In this document: positions 46,917 through 56,916 of the stretch, piece after piece
How positions within the stretch are numbered: position 1 is the stretch's first letter
Layout of the letters: each line of letters opens with the position of its first letter
Origin: Acidimicrobiia bacterium
GTDB lineage: Bacteria; Actinomycetota; Acidimicrobiia; IMCC26256; JAENVU01
Reading direction: 5' to 3'
Assembly (NCBI GenBank): GCA_038250905.1
Contig: JBBSBV010000026.1
Location: 310-64,309 of the forward strand
Length of the DNA: 64,000 nucleotides
Position numbers and translations under genes: made by a program
Notes under the pieces: model-generated
What the model was told of the DNA's origin: nothing
Seen by the model: the letters and a program-made list of their open reading frames with translations, nothing else
Database searches by the model: none

Positions 46917-47147
46917 CTACTCGAGCTCGGCCTTGATGCGTTCGAGCGTGGTGCGCATGCCGTTGCGGTTCGTCTTCCGCTTCACGTGGCCTCGGAACTT
47001 GGTGCCGACCGCGGGACCGGTTGCGCCGTCGACCCACTCGGCCTCGAACGTCTCCGGGCTGTACCGCCCGATCTTGGTCACGTCGCTCACGAGATCCCAC
47101 ACTGCGGTGGGCGGCGCGGCGATGTGCACCGTCACCGAATCGGTCAT
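46917..47147 (-). pseudogene. SRPBCC/START protein with apparent in-frame internal deletion
   Basis: N-terminal AAPPTAVWDLVSDVT...FRGHVKR joined directly to C-terminal helix NGMRTTLERIKAELE; 76 aa. Confidence 0.65.
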
Positions 47148-47163
47148 CCGCTCGGTGACGTGA

Positions 47164-48147
47164 TCAAGCATCGACCGGCTCGAGGACGCGTGCCTTGAGG
47201 CCCATCGCCGCGAGCATCGCCCGATCGGATGCGTGGTCGGCACACGGCGTGGTGTCGGTGAGCATGATGTTGCGCTCGCTGGTGAAGATCGAGTTCGCAC
47301 CGGCGAGGAAGCACAACGCCTGATCGGAGAAGCTCATGAGGTGGCGCCCGGCCGCGATCCGCACGACCGAGGCCGGCATCAGGATCCGCGCCAGCGCGAT
47401 CATGCGCACGGTCTCGTCGGCATTGACGTCGGGCGCGTTTTCGAGCGGGGTGCCCGGTACGCGGGACAGCACGTTGATCGGCACCGAGTCGGGGTGCGGG
47501 TCGAGGGTGGCGAGTTGGTGGAGGAACGACACGCGGTCGGCGGTCGACTCGCCCATCCCGATGATCCCGCCGCAGCACACGGTGATGCTGGTCTCCCGCA
47601 CCGCGGCGATGGTGTCGAGCCGGTCCTGGTAGGTCCGCGTCGTGATGACCTGGTCGTAGAACTCGGGCGAGGTGTCGAGGTTGTGGTTGTACGCGTAGAG
47701 GCCGGCGCCCTCGAGCCGCTTCGCCTGCTCCGCGTTCATCATCCCGAGGGTCACGCACGTCTCCATGCCGAGCGCATTCACCTCTCGCACGATCTCGATG
47801 ACCCGGTCGAACTGAGCGTTGTCCTTCACGTCGCGCCACGCGGCACCCATGCAGAATCGCGTGACCCCGTTGGCCCGGGCCCGCTTGGCCGTGCGGACGA
47901 CTTCGTCCACCTGCATGAGCGGTTCCGGCTTCACCCCGCTGTCGTTGTGCACCGACTGCGAGCAGTAGCCGCAGTCCTCGGGGCACGCGCCGGTCTTGAT
48001 CGAGAGCAGTTGGTTCACGTGGATCACCGACGGGTCGTGGAACTCCCGGTGGACGGCGCCCGCGTCCCGCACCAGGTCGAGGAGCGGTTGCTCGAACAGG
48101 GTGGAGATCTCGTCGAGGGTCCAGTCGTTGCGCACTGCGGCGGTCAT
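47164..48147 (-). CDS. bioB: Biotin synthase
   Basis: IKTGACPEDCGYCSQS, RFCMGAAWR, YNHNLDTS, VPIN. Confidence 0.96.
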   Translation of the reverse strand: MTAAVRNDWTLDEISTLFEQPLLDLVRDAGAVHREFHDPSVIHVNQLLSIKTGACPEDCGYCSQSVHNDSGVKPEPLMQVDEVVRTAKRARANGVTRFCMGAAWRDVKDNAQFDRVIEIVREVNALGMETCVTLGMMNAEQAKRLEGAGLYAYNHNLDTSPEFYDQVITTRTYQDRLDTIAAVRETSITVCCGGIIGMGESTADRVSFLHQLATLDPHPDSVPINVLSRVPGTPLENAPDVNADETVRMIALARILMPASVVRIAAGRHLMSFSDQALCFLAGANSIFTSERNIMLTDTTPCADHASDRAMLAAMGLKARVLEPVDA

Positions 48148-48178
48148 GGGCGGTGACGATACAGCCGCCTGCCGACGG

Positions 48179-48625
48179 TCATGCCCCTTGGGCACCTTCG
48201 TTGGCGAGCCAGGTCCCGGACACGCGGGCCCAGAACTCGGGCTGGGGGACGAACCCGAGCGACCCGTAGAACGCCTGGGCATCGTTGGTCTGGAGCCCGA
48301 CGTGCTGGCCCGGCACCGCGGCCACCAGGCGGTCGACCATTCCGCCCCCGATGCCCTGGCGCCGGAAATCCGATCGCGTCCACACGTCGACCAGGTAGGC
48401 GTTGCAGACACCGTCGGAGAGCAGGCGCGCCATCCCGACGAGATCGTCACCGATCCACGCGAGGCAGACATATTGCGAATGCGCGAACGAGCGCCGCAGC
48501 GCTTCGGGACTCCGGCCGTTGTCGAAATCGTCGGCGGCGAGATCGGCCTTCGCCCGGACCCAGTCCACGGCGTCGATCGAGTCCGCGAAGCGCACCCGGT
48601 CGGACCTGGTCCCGTCAGTCGTCAT
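48179..48625 (-). CDS. GNAT N-acetyltransferase
   Basis: GMARLLSDG, FRRQGIG, FYGSLGF. Confidence 0.85.
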   Translation of the reverse strand: MTTDGTRSDRVRFADSIDAVDWVRAKADLAADDFDNGRSPEALRRSFAHSQYVCLAWIGDDLVGMARLLSDGVCNAYLVDVWTRSDFRRQGIGGGMVDRLVAAVPGQHVGLQTNDAQAFYGSLGFVPQPEFWARVSGTWLANEGAQGA

Positions 48626-49691
48626 CGGTCTGCTCCCGTTCTCCCCGCGCCGGGGCGGCCGCCGGTCGGCGCGCGACCCGAGCCTGACGATCGCTCCGTT
48701 TCCGTTCTTCGCGTTCGGCCTTGCGCCCCGCGTGATCGGGTTCCTTGGTGGCGCCCACGATCTCGGCCTCCAACCGCCGGTAGTTCCCGAGCCGCGCCGC
48801 GTCGAGCGTGCCCTCGGCCACCGCGGACTCGACCGCACACCCGGGCTCACCGTGGTGGGCGCAATCACGGAAGCGGCAGTTCGCGGCGAGCGCGACGACA
48901 TCCGCGAACGCGGCGTCGAGACCGTCCTCGACCGAACCCAGGCCGAGGGTGCGGACGCCGGGCGTATCGATCAGCAGCCCACCCGACGGGATCAGCACGA
49001 GTTCGCGGCTCGATGTGGTGTGCCGCCCGCGGCGGTCGTCCTCGCGGACCGCCCCGGTCGCCAGCCGCTCCTCACCGAGCAGCGCGTTGACCAGGGTCGA
49101 CTTCCCGGCACCGGACGGACCGAGCAGCACGGCGGTCCGGCACGGTTGGAGGGTCCGGGCGACCGATTCCACGCCGAGCCCGTCCGGCACCGACGTGACG
49201 ATGACCTCGACCCCGACCAACCGCTCGCGGAGTTCCTCGACGTAGCCCGCCGGCGCGAGATCGGCCTTGGTCACCACCACGACCGGCTGGGCGCCGCTCT
49301 CCCAGCCGAGGATCGTCTCGCGTTCGACCCGGGCGGCACTCGGCCGGTCCCCGGGCGCCGAGATGAGGACGACGTCCACGTTCGCGGCGAGCACCTGCGT
49401 GCGTTCGCGGTCCGCGTCGTGGCGGGTCAGCGCGGACCAGCGGGGTGCGATCGCCGCAATCGCCAGCTGGTCGGCATCGTCACGTTCCAGCGCGAGCCAG
49501 TCACCCACCGCCGGGAGTTCTGTCGCGGTGGCGATCCGATCGCCGTCCGCGGTGACCACGACGCACGAGATGCGGTCCACCCGGACGACGCGCCCCGGTG
49601 CGCGACTCGGCCCGGCGACCTCCGCGTAGGCCGCGCGCGCCCGGTCGTCCCAACCGAACGAGACCAGGGGATCAGAAACGGGTGAGCCCAT
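48615..49691 (-). CDS. rsgA: Ribosome small subunit-dependent GTPase A
   Basis: AANVD, TKAD, GPSGAGKST, GRHTT, DTPG, CRFRDCAHHGEPGC. Confidence 0.95.
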   Translation of the reverse strand: MGSPVSDPLVSFGWDDRARAAYAEVAGPSRAPGRVVRVDRISCVVVTADGDRIATATELPAVGDWLALERDDADQLAIAAIAPRWSALTRHDADRERTQVLAANVDVVLISAPGDRPSAARVERETILGWESGAQPVVVVTKADLAPAGYVEELRERLVGVEVIVTSVPDGLGVESVARTLQPCRTAVLLGPSGAGKSTLVNALLGEERLATGAVREDDRRGRHTTSSRELVLIPSGGLLIDTPGVRTLGLGSVEDGLDAAFADVVALAANCRFRDCAHHGEPGCAVESAVAEGTLDAARLGNYRRLEAEIVGATKEPDHAGRKAEREERKRSDRQARVARRPAAAPARGEREQTDDD

Positions 49692-49822
49692 CGACGCAAC
49701 GACCTGCGGGTACTCGGGGGACGGACCGGCGAGCCTAAGCGGCTGCCGCGAACGGCGGAGTTTTGCCAACCCTTGACCGCTCGGTGCACCGAATTGCCGG
49801 ACCGGTCGTCCAGACTGCGCTC

Positions 49823-50857
49823 ATGGCACGCTGGACCGCGTCGGTCGTGGTCACCGTGATGGCACTGGCAGCCTGCTCCGGCAGTTCGACCGCGGCGCCC
49901 CCGTCGTCGTCGACGCGGCCGCGCGCGTCGGTATCCCCGACCCATGCGACCACGACCACCACAGGCCCTGATCGGAGTTCGGCACCGACGCGTGTGGTGG
50001 TCGCAGCCGCGCCGTTCCAACTCCCGCGACCGTCCGCACGCGCCGTGCTCGTCGCGGACGGCGACCACCTCCTGCTCCTCGGTGGCTTCGACGGCGCGAA
50101 GCAGACCATCGGCGACATCCTCCAGATCGATCCCGCGGCGCGATCGACGCGACCCGCCGGCCGGCTGCCGACCGCGGTCCACGATGCGGCCGGCGCGCTC
50201 GTCGCCGGGCGGCCGATGGTGTTCGGGGGTGGCAACAGCACCGAGACCGCCGGGGTGCAGGCCGTGAACGCCGACGGGACCGTCGTCCTCGCCGGCACCC
50301 TGCCGATTCCCCGCTCCGACCTCGCCACCGCCACCGTCGGCACCCGTACCTTCATCGTCGGCGGCTACGACGGATCCCGCGTGCGCGCCACCACCGTCGC
50401 GACGAGCGACGGTTCCCACTTCGACGTGCTCGGCGATCTCCCGGTGCCGGTGCGCTATCCGGCAGTGGCTGCGCTCGGGTCGCTCGTCTACGCCGTGGGT
50501 GGCACCACCAACGGCAACGCGTCCGGCGCGGTCACCGCGGTCCAGGTCCTCGACACCACCACCGGTGCCGTCCGCCAGGTCGGCAACCTGCCCCAACCAC
50601 TCACCGACGCCGTGGCCGCCACCGTGCACGGCCACATCTACGTGTTCGGCGGCCAGCTCGCGGGTCGGATCTCCGACCAGGTCTGGCGCCTCGACATCGA
50701 TCTTGGTGGCGCCACCCCCGTCACCTTCACTCCGGTCGCCACACTGCCGAGTCCGGTCACGGATGCCGCGATCGCGGTCTGGCACGACGTCGCGTACCTC
50801 GTCGGCGGCGAGAGCCCGTCGATCCTGCCGACGATCACGACCCTGGAGGTCCGATGA
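49823..50857 (+). CDS. Kelch-repeat lipoprotein
   Basis: LAAC lipobox; repeated hydrophobic-GG Kelch motifs. Confidence 0.85.
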   Translation: MARWTASVVVTVMALAACSGSSTAAPPSSSTRPRASVSPTHATTTTTGPDRSSAPTRVVVAAAPFQLPRPSARAVLVADGDHLLLLGGFDGAKQTIGDILQIDPAARSTRPAGRLPTAVHDAAGALVAGRPMVFGGGNSTETAGVQAVNADGTVVLAGTLPIPRSDLATATVGTRTFIVGGYDGSRVRATTVATSDGSHFDVLGDLPVPVRYPAVAALGSLVYAVGGTTNGNASGAVTAVQVLDTTTGAVRQVGNLPQPLTDAVAATVHGHIYVFGGQLAGRISDQVWRLDIDLGGATPVTFTPVATLPSPVTDAAIAVWHDVAYLVGGESPSILPTITTLEVR

Positions 50858-52020
50858 GCCGAACCCGCACCACGAAAGTGCTGGTGGCGATCGGAGTCGT
50901 GGTGGTGGCCGGTTGCAGCAGCACCGGCAGCACGACACCGAAGGCCGCACCGCCTCGCCGCAAGTCCCCGGCCACGACGGTCACCTCGGTAGCGACCACC
51001 ACGCCACCGGCCGTCGGCCTCATGGGCGGCGGTCCGGGAGTGAACATCTACGCGGGCACCACGGCCGGACAGATGAGCCCGGCAGTGGCCGGCATCCCCA
51101 CGCGCGTCTACGTCCCCAACAGCATGTCGAACACCGTCGACGTGATCGACCCCGACACGCTGACGGTCGTCGACCATTACGCCGTCGGCAACACACCCCA
51201 ACACGTGGTGCCGAGCTACGACCTGTCCACGCTCTACGTGAACAACAACAAGGGGAACTCGCTCACGCCGATCGACCCACGTACCGGCAAGCCCGGAACC
51301 CCGATCCCGGTGGACGACCCGTACAACCTCTACTTCTCCCCCGACGGGAAGTACGCGATCGTCATGGCCGAACGCAACAGCCACGTCGACTTCCGCGATC
51401 CGGTCACATGGAAGCTCGTGAAGTCGGTTCCCGTCGCGCACAGCGGCGTGAACCACGCCGACTTCACGCCCGACGGCAAGACGATGATCGCGAGTTGCGA
51501 GTTCTCCGGTTGGCTCGTGCGGATCGACCTCCCGACGATGACGGTCACCGGTGAGCTGAACGTGGGCGGCATGCCGGTGGACGTCCGCTCGTCCCCGGAC
51601 GGCACCGTGATGTTCGTCGCCAACCAGGGTCGCAACGGGGTCTCGGTCGTCGATCCGGTCACCATGACCGAAACCGCCTTCATCCCGACCGAGCGCGGCA
51701 CCCACGGGCTCTACCCCAGCCGGGACGGGACCAAGTTGTACGCGACCAACCGGCTGGCGGGATCGATCAGCGTGATCGACTTCGCCACCCGCGCCGTGGT
51801 GGCGACCTGGCACATCGGCGGCACCCCCGACATGGGTGGCGTCAGCGCCGACGGCAGTCGGTTCTGGATCACCGGCCGGTACAGCGGAGCGGTCTACGTG
51901 GTGGACACCACGACCGGCGCGTTGGTGAAACGCATCCCGGTCGGCTCGGGACCCCACGGCCTGGCGATCTTCCCGCAGCCCGGCCGCATCAGTCTGGGCC
52001 ACACCGGCAACTACCGCTGA
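50854..52020 (+). CDS. YVTN/YncE beta-propeller lipoprotein
   Basis: VAGC lipobox; YVPN, SPDG repeats, GSGPHG; ATGA overlap with Kelch gene. Confidence 0.88.
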   Translation: MSRTRTTKVLVAIGVVVVAGCSSTGSTTPKAAPPRRKSPATTVTSVATTTPPAVGLMGGGPGVNIYAGTTAGQMSPAVAGIPTRVYVPNSMSNTVDVIDPDTLTVVDHYAVGNTPQHVVPSYDLSTLYVNNNKGNSLTPIDPRTGKPGTPIPVDDPYNLYFSPDGKYAIVMAERNSHVDFRDPVTWKLVKSVPVAHSGVNHADFTPDGKTMIASCEFSGWLVRIDLPTMTVTGELNVGGMPVDVRSSPDGTVMFVANQGRNGVSVVDPVTMTETAFIPTERGTHGLYPSRDGTKLYATNRLAGSISVIDFATRAVVATWHIGGTPDMGGVSADGSRFWITGRYSGAVYVVDTTTGALVKRIPVGSGPHGLAIFPQPGRISLGHTGNYR

Positions 52021-52100
52021 GCGCAGGCGGTCACCGCGGCCCGGCGAAACGAAGCGGCGATCCGGAGCCCGGTGACGTCGGACCCGTACGCTGAGTCGCC

Positions 52101-52718
52101 GTGAGCACCGTCGACATCGAACCGTTGCAGTTCGCACAGATCCGGGTCACGGCCGAGGTCCTCGCCCGCTCGTTCGACGACTCGCCGATCATGCGCCACC
52201 TGATCCCGCGCGATCGTGCCCGCATCGTCGGGATGCGCGCGTTCTTCATCGCCGGACTGTTGGACGCCCACAAGCACGGGGAAGCGTGGACCGCGTCGGT
52301 CGACGGCACCGTCGTCGGTGCGGCGATGTGGTTGCCTCCCGGCAGCTACCCGCCGGGCATCCGCCGCCAGGCCCGCCAGTTCGTCCACCTCGCCGCGGTG
52401 GCGCCCATCGCATTCGGATCGCTCGTCCGGTCGCTCCGATACCTCCGCAAGGTCGAATCCCTCCACCCGACCGCGCCGCACTGGTACCTCGAAACGCTCG
52501 GGGTCGATCCGGAACACCAGGGTCGCGGGTACGGGACCCGCCTGCTCGACGCGGTCCTGCCGCGCACCGACGAGGCCGGCATCCCGACCTATCTCGAGAC
52601 GGACAAGGAACGAAATCTCGCGTATTACGCCCGCCAGCGTTTCACGGAGATGGAGCAGATCTTCCCGGCCGCCGGTGCGCCTCCCACCTGGACGATGTGG
52701 CGCGAGCCCGTCGACTGA
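52101..52718 (+). CDS. GNAT N-acetyltransferase
   Basis: HWYLETLGVDPEHQGRGYG, YLET..RNL.YY. Confidence 0.88.
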   Translation: MSTVDIEPLQFAQIRVTAEVLARSFDDSPIMRHLIPRDRARIVGMRAFFIAGLLDAHKHGEAWTASVDGTVVGAAMWLPPGSYPPGIRRQARQFVHLAAVAPIAFGSLVRSLRYLRKVESLHPTAPHWYLETLGVDPEHQGRGYGTRLLDAVLPRTDEAGIPTYLETDKERNLAYYARQRFTEMEQIFPAAGAPPTWTMWREPVD

Positions 52719-52789
52719 TGCCGGCCGGAAGCGAGCCGAGGTGAGTCGTTGACCGTCAGGCGCGCGAGCGGACGGCCCATCGGGACGAA

Positions 52790-54214
52790 TCAGAATCCGG
52801 ACGCATCCCTGACCGCGTCGGGCGGTTCGATGGACAAGGACGGCGCCAGGTGCGCCCGGGCCCGCCCGCCCCGCTTGGCCTTGAACAGCGCGTCGTCCGC
52901 GGTACGGAGCGTCTCCTCGGGGTCGCCACCGGTGAAGGTCGCGGCGCCGACACTGAAGGTCACCCCCGGGTTCGCCAGGTTCCACCGGGCCGCAATGCGG
53001 TCCACGAGCACCAGCGCGTCTTCCCCGACGTCGCGCAGCACCATGACGAACTCGTCACCGCCGAGGCGGGCGACTGCATCCCCCTGGCGAACTGCGTCCG
53101 ACAGGTAGCGGGCGACGGCGCGAATGGCCGCGTCACCACCGTGGTGGCCCGCTCGCGCGTTGATGCCCCGGAGATCGTCCAGATCCACGACCGCGACCAC
53201 GTCGCGGGGCCGGAGGCTCCGCAGCAGCTCGTCGCCGAACCGGCGGTTCCCGATCCCGGTGAGTGCGTCGCGACGGTTTTCGTCGTTGAGCGCGTCCAGC
53301 GCGTCGAGATCGTCGAGTCGGTAGCCGGCCTGTTCACCGAGGATCTGGGCGAGCCGCAGCATGAACTCGTCCTGGCGCCGACGGCCGGACGTCACGACCA
53401 CGCCGCGCAAACCTCCGGCCCGACCGACGAGCGGGATCACCAACTCGACACCCGCGTCGATCGCACTCACGCTGAGACCGATGCCGGCGTCGACCGCACG
53501 GTCTTCGGGCCAACCCGCGTCGCCGGTGCTGGCGGCCAGGCGGTAGTCGGCGGCGGCCTCGAGATACACGGCCACGTTCGGGACGTGCAACAACGCCACG
53601 ACCGTATCGGCGAGCCGCTGGGCCGCCGCCTGACGGTCGGTGACGCTGCGGAGTTCGCTCGTGCCGTCGATGACGAGTCCGAGCTCGTCGCTGCGCGTCT
53701 GGTCTGCGTGCTTCACCCACGCAACGAGTTCACCGATGATCGCCGACAGGGCGACGCCGGTGACGATGGTGACGATCGACACCGGTGCGCCCTCGGCGGA
53801 GAAGACACAACAGAGCGCGGTGGCCGCAATCGGCGCCGAGACGAACGAGAACCACCGCGGTTGGGTCAGTCCGATCCATACGAACAGCAACGTGACGACG
53901 GTCGCGGTCCCCATCGCGCCGTCCGCGGTCCGCGACGACTTCGATCCGAGTTCGGACACGCACAGAATCGCGAGTCCGAGCGCCGGCAGGGCGAGCGTCG
54001 CGCGCGGATGCCAGCGCGCCCAGGGCAGCATCGGGATCACGGCGGCCGCGACGAGCGCGATGGCTCCTGCGATCAGAAGCGGCGTCGACGATCCTCCGAC
54101 CGTCGCGAACCGGTCGGCGTTGGCGAATCCGCCCAGGATCGTGATGACCCCGGCGACCGCGAACGCATAGGCCGCGTACATCGCCGCGCGTCGAGGATCG
54201 TTCGCCCAATGCAT
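52790..54214 (-). CDS. Membrane diguanylate cyclase
   Basis: About 6 TM helices; DALTGIGNRR; RQGD + GGDEF. Confidence 0.88.
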   Translation of the reverse strand: MHWANDPRRAAMYAAYAFAVAGVITILGGFANADRFATVGGSSTPLLIAGAIALVAAAVIPMLPWARWHPRATLALPALGLAILCVSELGSKSSRTADGAMGTATVVTLLFVWIGLTQPRWFSFVSAPIAATALCCVFSAEGAPVSIVTIVTGVALSAIIGELVAWVKHADQTRSDELGLVIDGTSELRSVTDRQAAAQRLADTVVALLHVPNVAVYLEAAADYRLAASTGDAGWPEDRAVDAGIGLSVSAIDAGVELVIPLVGRAGGLRGVVVTSGRRRQDEFMLRLAQILGEQAGYRLDDLDALDALNDENRRDALTGIGNRRFGDELLRSLRPRDVVAVVDLDDLRGINARAGHHGGDAAIRAVARYLSDAVRQGDAVARLGGDEFVMVLRDVGEDALVLVDRIAARWNLANPGVTFSVGAATFTGGDPEETLRTADDALFKAKRGGRARAHLAPSLSIEPPDAVRDASGF

Positions 54215-54295
54215 ACCGCCATCACATCGACGCGTCCGGGCCCGGTGTGTACCCCTTTTTCACCGGTTCGGGAGGGATGCGCCTACGGTGGCCCG

Positions 54296-54937
54296 ATGCT
54301 CGTCGAGATCTACTCCGACATCGTCTGTCCTTGGTGTTACATCGGTCAGCATCAGTTCGGCGAGGCCCTGGACCGATCGCCCTACGGGGCGGACGTCGAG
54401 ACCGTCTGGCGGGCCTTCCAACTCGACCCCCGCGCCCCCGAAACCCCGACCACGGTCTTCTCCGCCTACGCGAAGAAGTACGGGAGCGAGGACCGGGCCG
54501 AGGCGATCATCAACCGGATCACGGGCGCGGCCGCCGGGGTGGGCCTCGAGATCCGCCTGGACCAGGCCCTGCGGGTCAACACGTTCGACGCCCACCGCCT
54601 CGTCTGGTCCACCCACGAGACCGAACTCCAATGGCCGCTGGAACGGCGGCTGATGGAGGCGTACTTCGTCGAGGGCCGCAACGTCGCCGACCACGAGACC
54701 CTGATCGAGATCGCCGAGGAGATCGGCCTCGACCCGATCGAGGTCGAGCGGTTCCTCGCCGACGGCGTGGGGACCGCCGAGGTCAATGCCGAGATCGCCG
54801 GTGCCGCCGACCGCGACGTACTCGCCGTGCCGACCTTCTTCTTCGCCAGCAAGGTCGGGATACCGGGCGCGCAGGACGTCGATACCTTCGAACGCATCAT
54901 CGAACGCGCCTATCGCCGGCTCGCCACCGACGACTGA
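54296..54937 (+). CDS. DsbA/FrnE family oxidoreductase
   Basis: SDIVCPWCYIG, NTFDAHRL, AVPTF, GAQ. Confidence 0.9.
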   Translation: MLVEIYSDIVCPWCYIGQHQFGEALDRSPYGADVETVWRAFQLDPRAPETPTTVFSAYAKKYGSEDRAEAIINRITGAAAGVGLEIRLDQALRVNTFDAHRLVWSTHETELQWPLERRLMEAYFVEGRNVADHETLIEIAEEIGLDPIEVERFLADGVGTAEVNAEIAGAADRDVLAVPTFFFASKVGIPGAQDVDTFERIIERAYRRLATDD

Positions 54938-54973
54938 CGGGGCCCCGGTCGGTCGGTCAGTCGATCAGCCGGG

Positions 54974-56413
54974 TCAGCGGGCGCACGGCGCGAGGGCACC
55001 GAGGGAGGGCACCGAGAAGTCGGGCTTCGGGACCGGCGGCCCGGCTGGATCCTGCACTGCGAACGCGAACACGAAGATCAACGGATTCCGCGGCAGCGTC
55101 GGCGCCTGACAGAAGCGACTGCGGTGGTCGAGCGCGCGATTGCCGAGGTCGGTCAGTCCGGCGATGCCGTCGACCCAGCGGTACGGGTTCGGATTGCCGA
55201 CGATCGTCGAGCGGTTCCGTTCGACGATCGTGTTGGTGACCGGATGGCCGAGCACCGTGGTCCGGAAGGGAGTGCCGACGATGACCGCGTGGTGCGACGC
55301 GTCGGACCCCGCGAAATGGTTCCGGGAGACGGTCGCCCCGTCGTCCTCGACCCGCACCCCGTACGTCACCGAGTCGAAGGTGTTCCCGCGCACCACGTTG
55401 TTGGCGGCACGGTCGACCGTGATGGCCTGGATCGGGCCCGAGACGTACGGCGGGTCGCTGCAGTCCATCGGGTACACGTTCTCCCCCATCCGCGACGCGA
55501 TCCATACCCCGTCCTCGCCACCGGTGATGAGATTGCCCGAGATGATGTTGTCGTCGGCGCCGTAGCGGTGCTCGACCCACGACTGCGGGTTCTGGTGGAC
55601 GTTCTCCCCGCAGTTCGTGTACACGAACACCCCGCCGTACGAGTTGCCGACGACCCAGTTGCCGGCGATCCGGTTGTTGCGGGATCCGTCGATCGCGATG
55701 CCTTCGCGCCCGGGGCCCCAGTATCGGAACGTGACCCCGCTGAAGGAGCTGACGGTCCCATCGGGTCCGCTCTCTCGGAAACCGTTCCCGGCGACGATGT
55801 TGTGGACCGCAGTGTTGAACCGCGACCCGGAATCGAGATAGATGCCGGTGCTGCCCGAGCCCATGATGAGCAGGCGGCGCATCATGGTGCCGGTCACGTA
55901 GTCGTCCACGTACAGGCCGACCCCGGTGGAGTTCGTGAGCGTGGAGTCCTCGATGGTGACCCGGCTCAGTTGGTGGTCGTACTCGTGGCCGGCGGCGAGG
56001 GCACGGAACCCGTCGCGCCGGAGATGCACGTTGTTGAAGAACCGGTCGATGCGACAGTTGCGGATCACGACGTCGGTGAGGTCCACATCGGCCGGCGTGG
56101 CCACGACGATCCCGAGCGCACGTGTGCCCACCGCACCCTGGATGAGCGCCCCGTGGCAGTCGAGCACGACGTTCGACGCAGTGATGTCGAAGCCGCCGGT
56201 GTAGGTGCACGACGGATCGAGATCCGCACTGGCCGTCAACGTGATCCGCTCGGCCGCCCGGTCGCACGGGACCGGCGCGCCCACGGACGCAGTACTGCCC
56301 GGCGCCGACGCGGAGGCGGGCACGGCGGCCAGTGGGAACGGAGCGGCGAAACCGAGCATCACCGCCAGCGCCACCGTGATTGCGACCCGTTTCCCCACCC
56401 CGACGTTCGTCAC
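54974..56413 (-). CDS. Secreted right-handed beta-helix protein
   Basis: Signal peptide; VVLDCHGA; Asn/Gly-rich coils; start uncertain. Confidence 0.8.
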   Translation of the reverse strand: MTNVGVGKRVAITVALAVMLGFAAPFPLAAVPASASAPGSTASVGAPVPCDRAAERITLTASADLDPSCTYTGGFDITASNVVLDCHGALIQGAVGTRALGIVVATPADVDLTDVVIRNCRIDRFFNNVHLRRDGFRALAAGHEYDHQLSRVTIEDSTLTNSTGVGLYVDDYVTGTMMRRLLIMGSGSTGIYLDSGSRFNTAVHNIVAGNGFRESGPDGTVSSFSGVTFRYWGPGREGIAIDGSRNNRIAGNWVVGNSYGGVFVYTNCGENVHQNPQSWVEHRYGADDNIISGNLITGGEDGVWIASRMGENVYPMDCSDPPYVSGPIQAITVDRAANNVVRGNTFDSVTYGVRVEDDGATVSRNHFAGSDASHHAVIVGTPFRTTVLGHPVTNTIVERNRSTIVGNPNPYRWVDGIAGLTDLGNRALDHRSRFCQAPTLPRNPLIFVFAFAVQDPAGPPVPKPDFSVPSLGALAPCAR

Positions 56414-56447
56414 GCAGTGCACCGTACGCGCCGTTTGGTCGGTCGCG

Positions 56448-56915
56448 CTACGGCAGGACGGAACCGAGGTCGATGAGGAGGTGGTCGGAGACGTCACCGA
56501 TCTGCTCCACGCCCATCTCGCGCCGGGTGAAGCGCCATTCGCCGTCCACCCGGTTGAACTCGTCCCGGTAGCGGCCCGCGATGATCGGCTGGAGCGGGAC
56601 CGACGGCGTCGCCTGGAACACGACGAACGACGAGCGCGCGGTCGCGGTGTCGCCGGCTTCGTCGATGTCGACGATCACGTTGGTGGTCAGGTGACGGGTG
56701 AGCGTCGTGCCGTCGGGATGCACCTTGTTGGTGTGCCGGTACAGCCCCGCGACGGCCTCGGCCCCGACGATCGCGCCGTCCATACCCCGCGTGGTCATCT
56801 CGCCGTGCTCGAAGATCTGTCCGATGGTGGCGAAGTCGGCCCGGTCGACGCATTCGGCGTACCGGTACATGAGGGTCGTGATCGCGTGGTAGCTGGCCCA
56901 CTCCCCCGCGCTCAC
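56448..56915 (-). CDS. NTF2/SnoaL-like protein
   Basis: YRYAECVD, TRHLTTN, GRYRDEF..WRF. Confidence 0.85.
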   Translation of the reverse strand: MSAGEWASYHAITTLMYRYAECVDRADFATIGQIFEHGEMTTRGMDGAIVGAEAVAGLYRHTNKVHPDGTTLTRHLTTNVIVDIDEAGDTATARSSFVVFQATPSVPLQPIIAGRYRDEFNRVDGEWRFTRREMGVEQIGDVSDHLLIDLGSVLP

Positions 56916-56916
56916 G

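Noticed and set aside
43985-49691. Prophage or island at the ssrA 3' end
   Set aside because: Downstream genes are metabolic or housekeeping; no integrase or att repeat.
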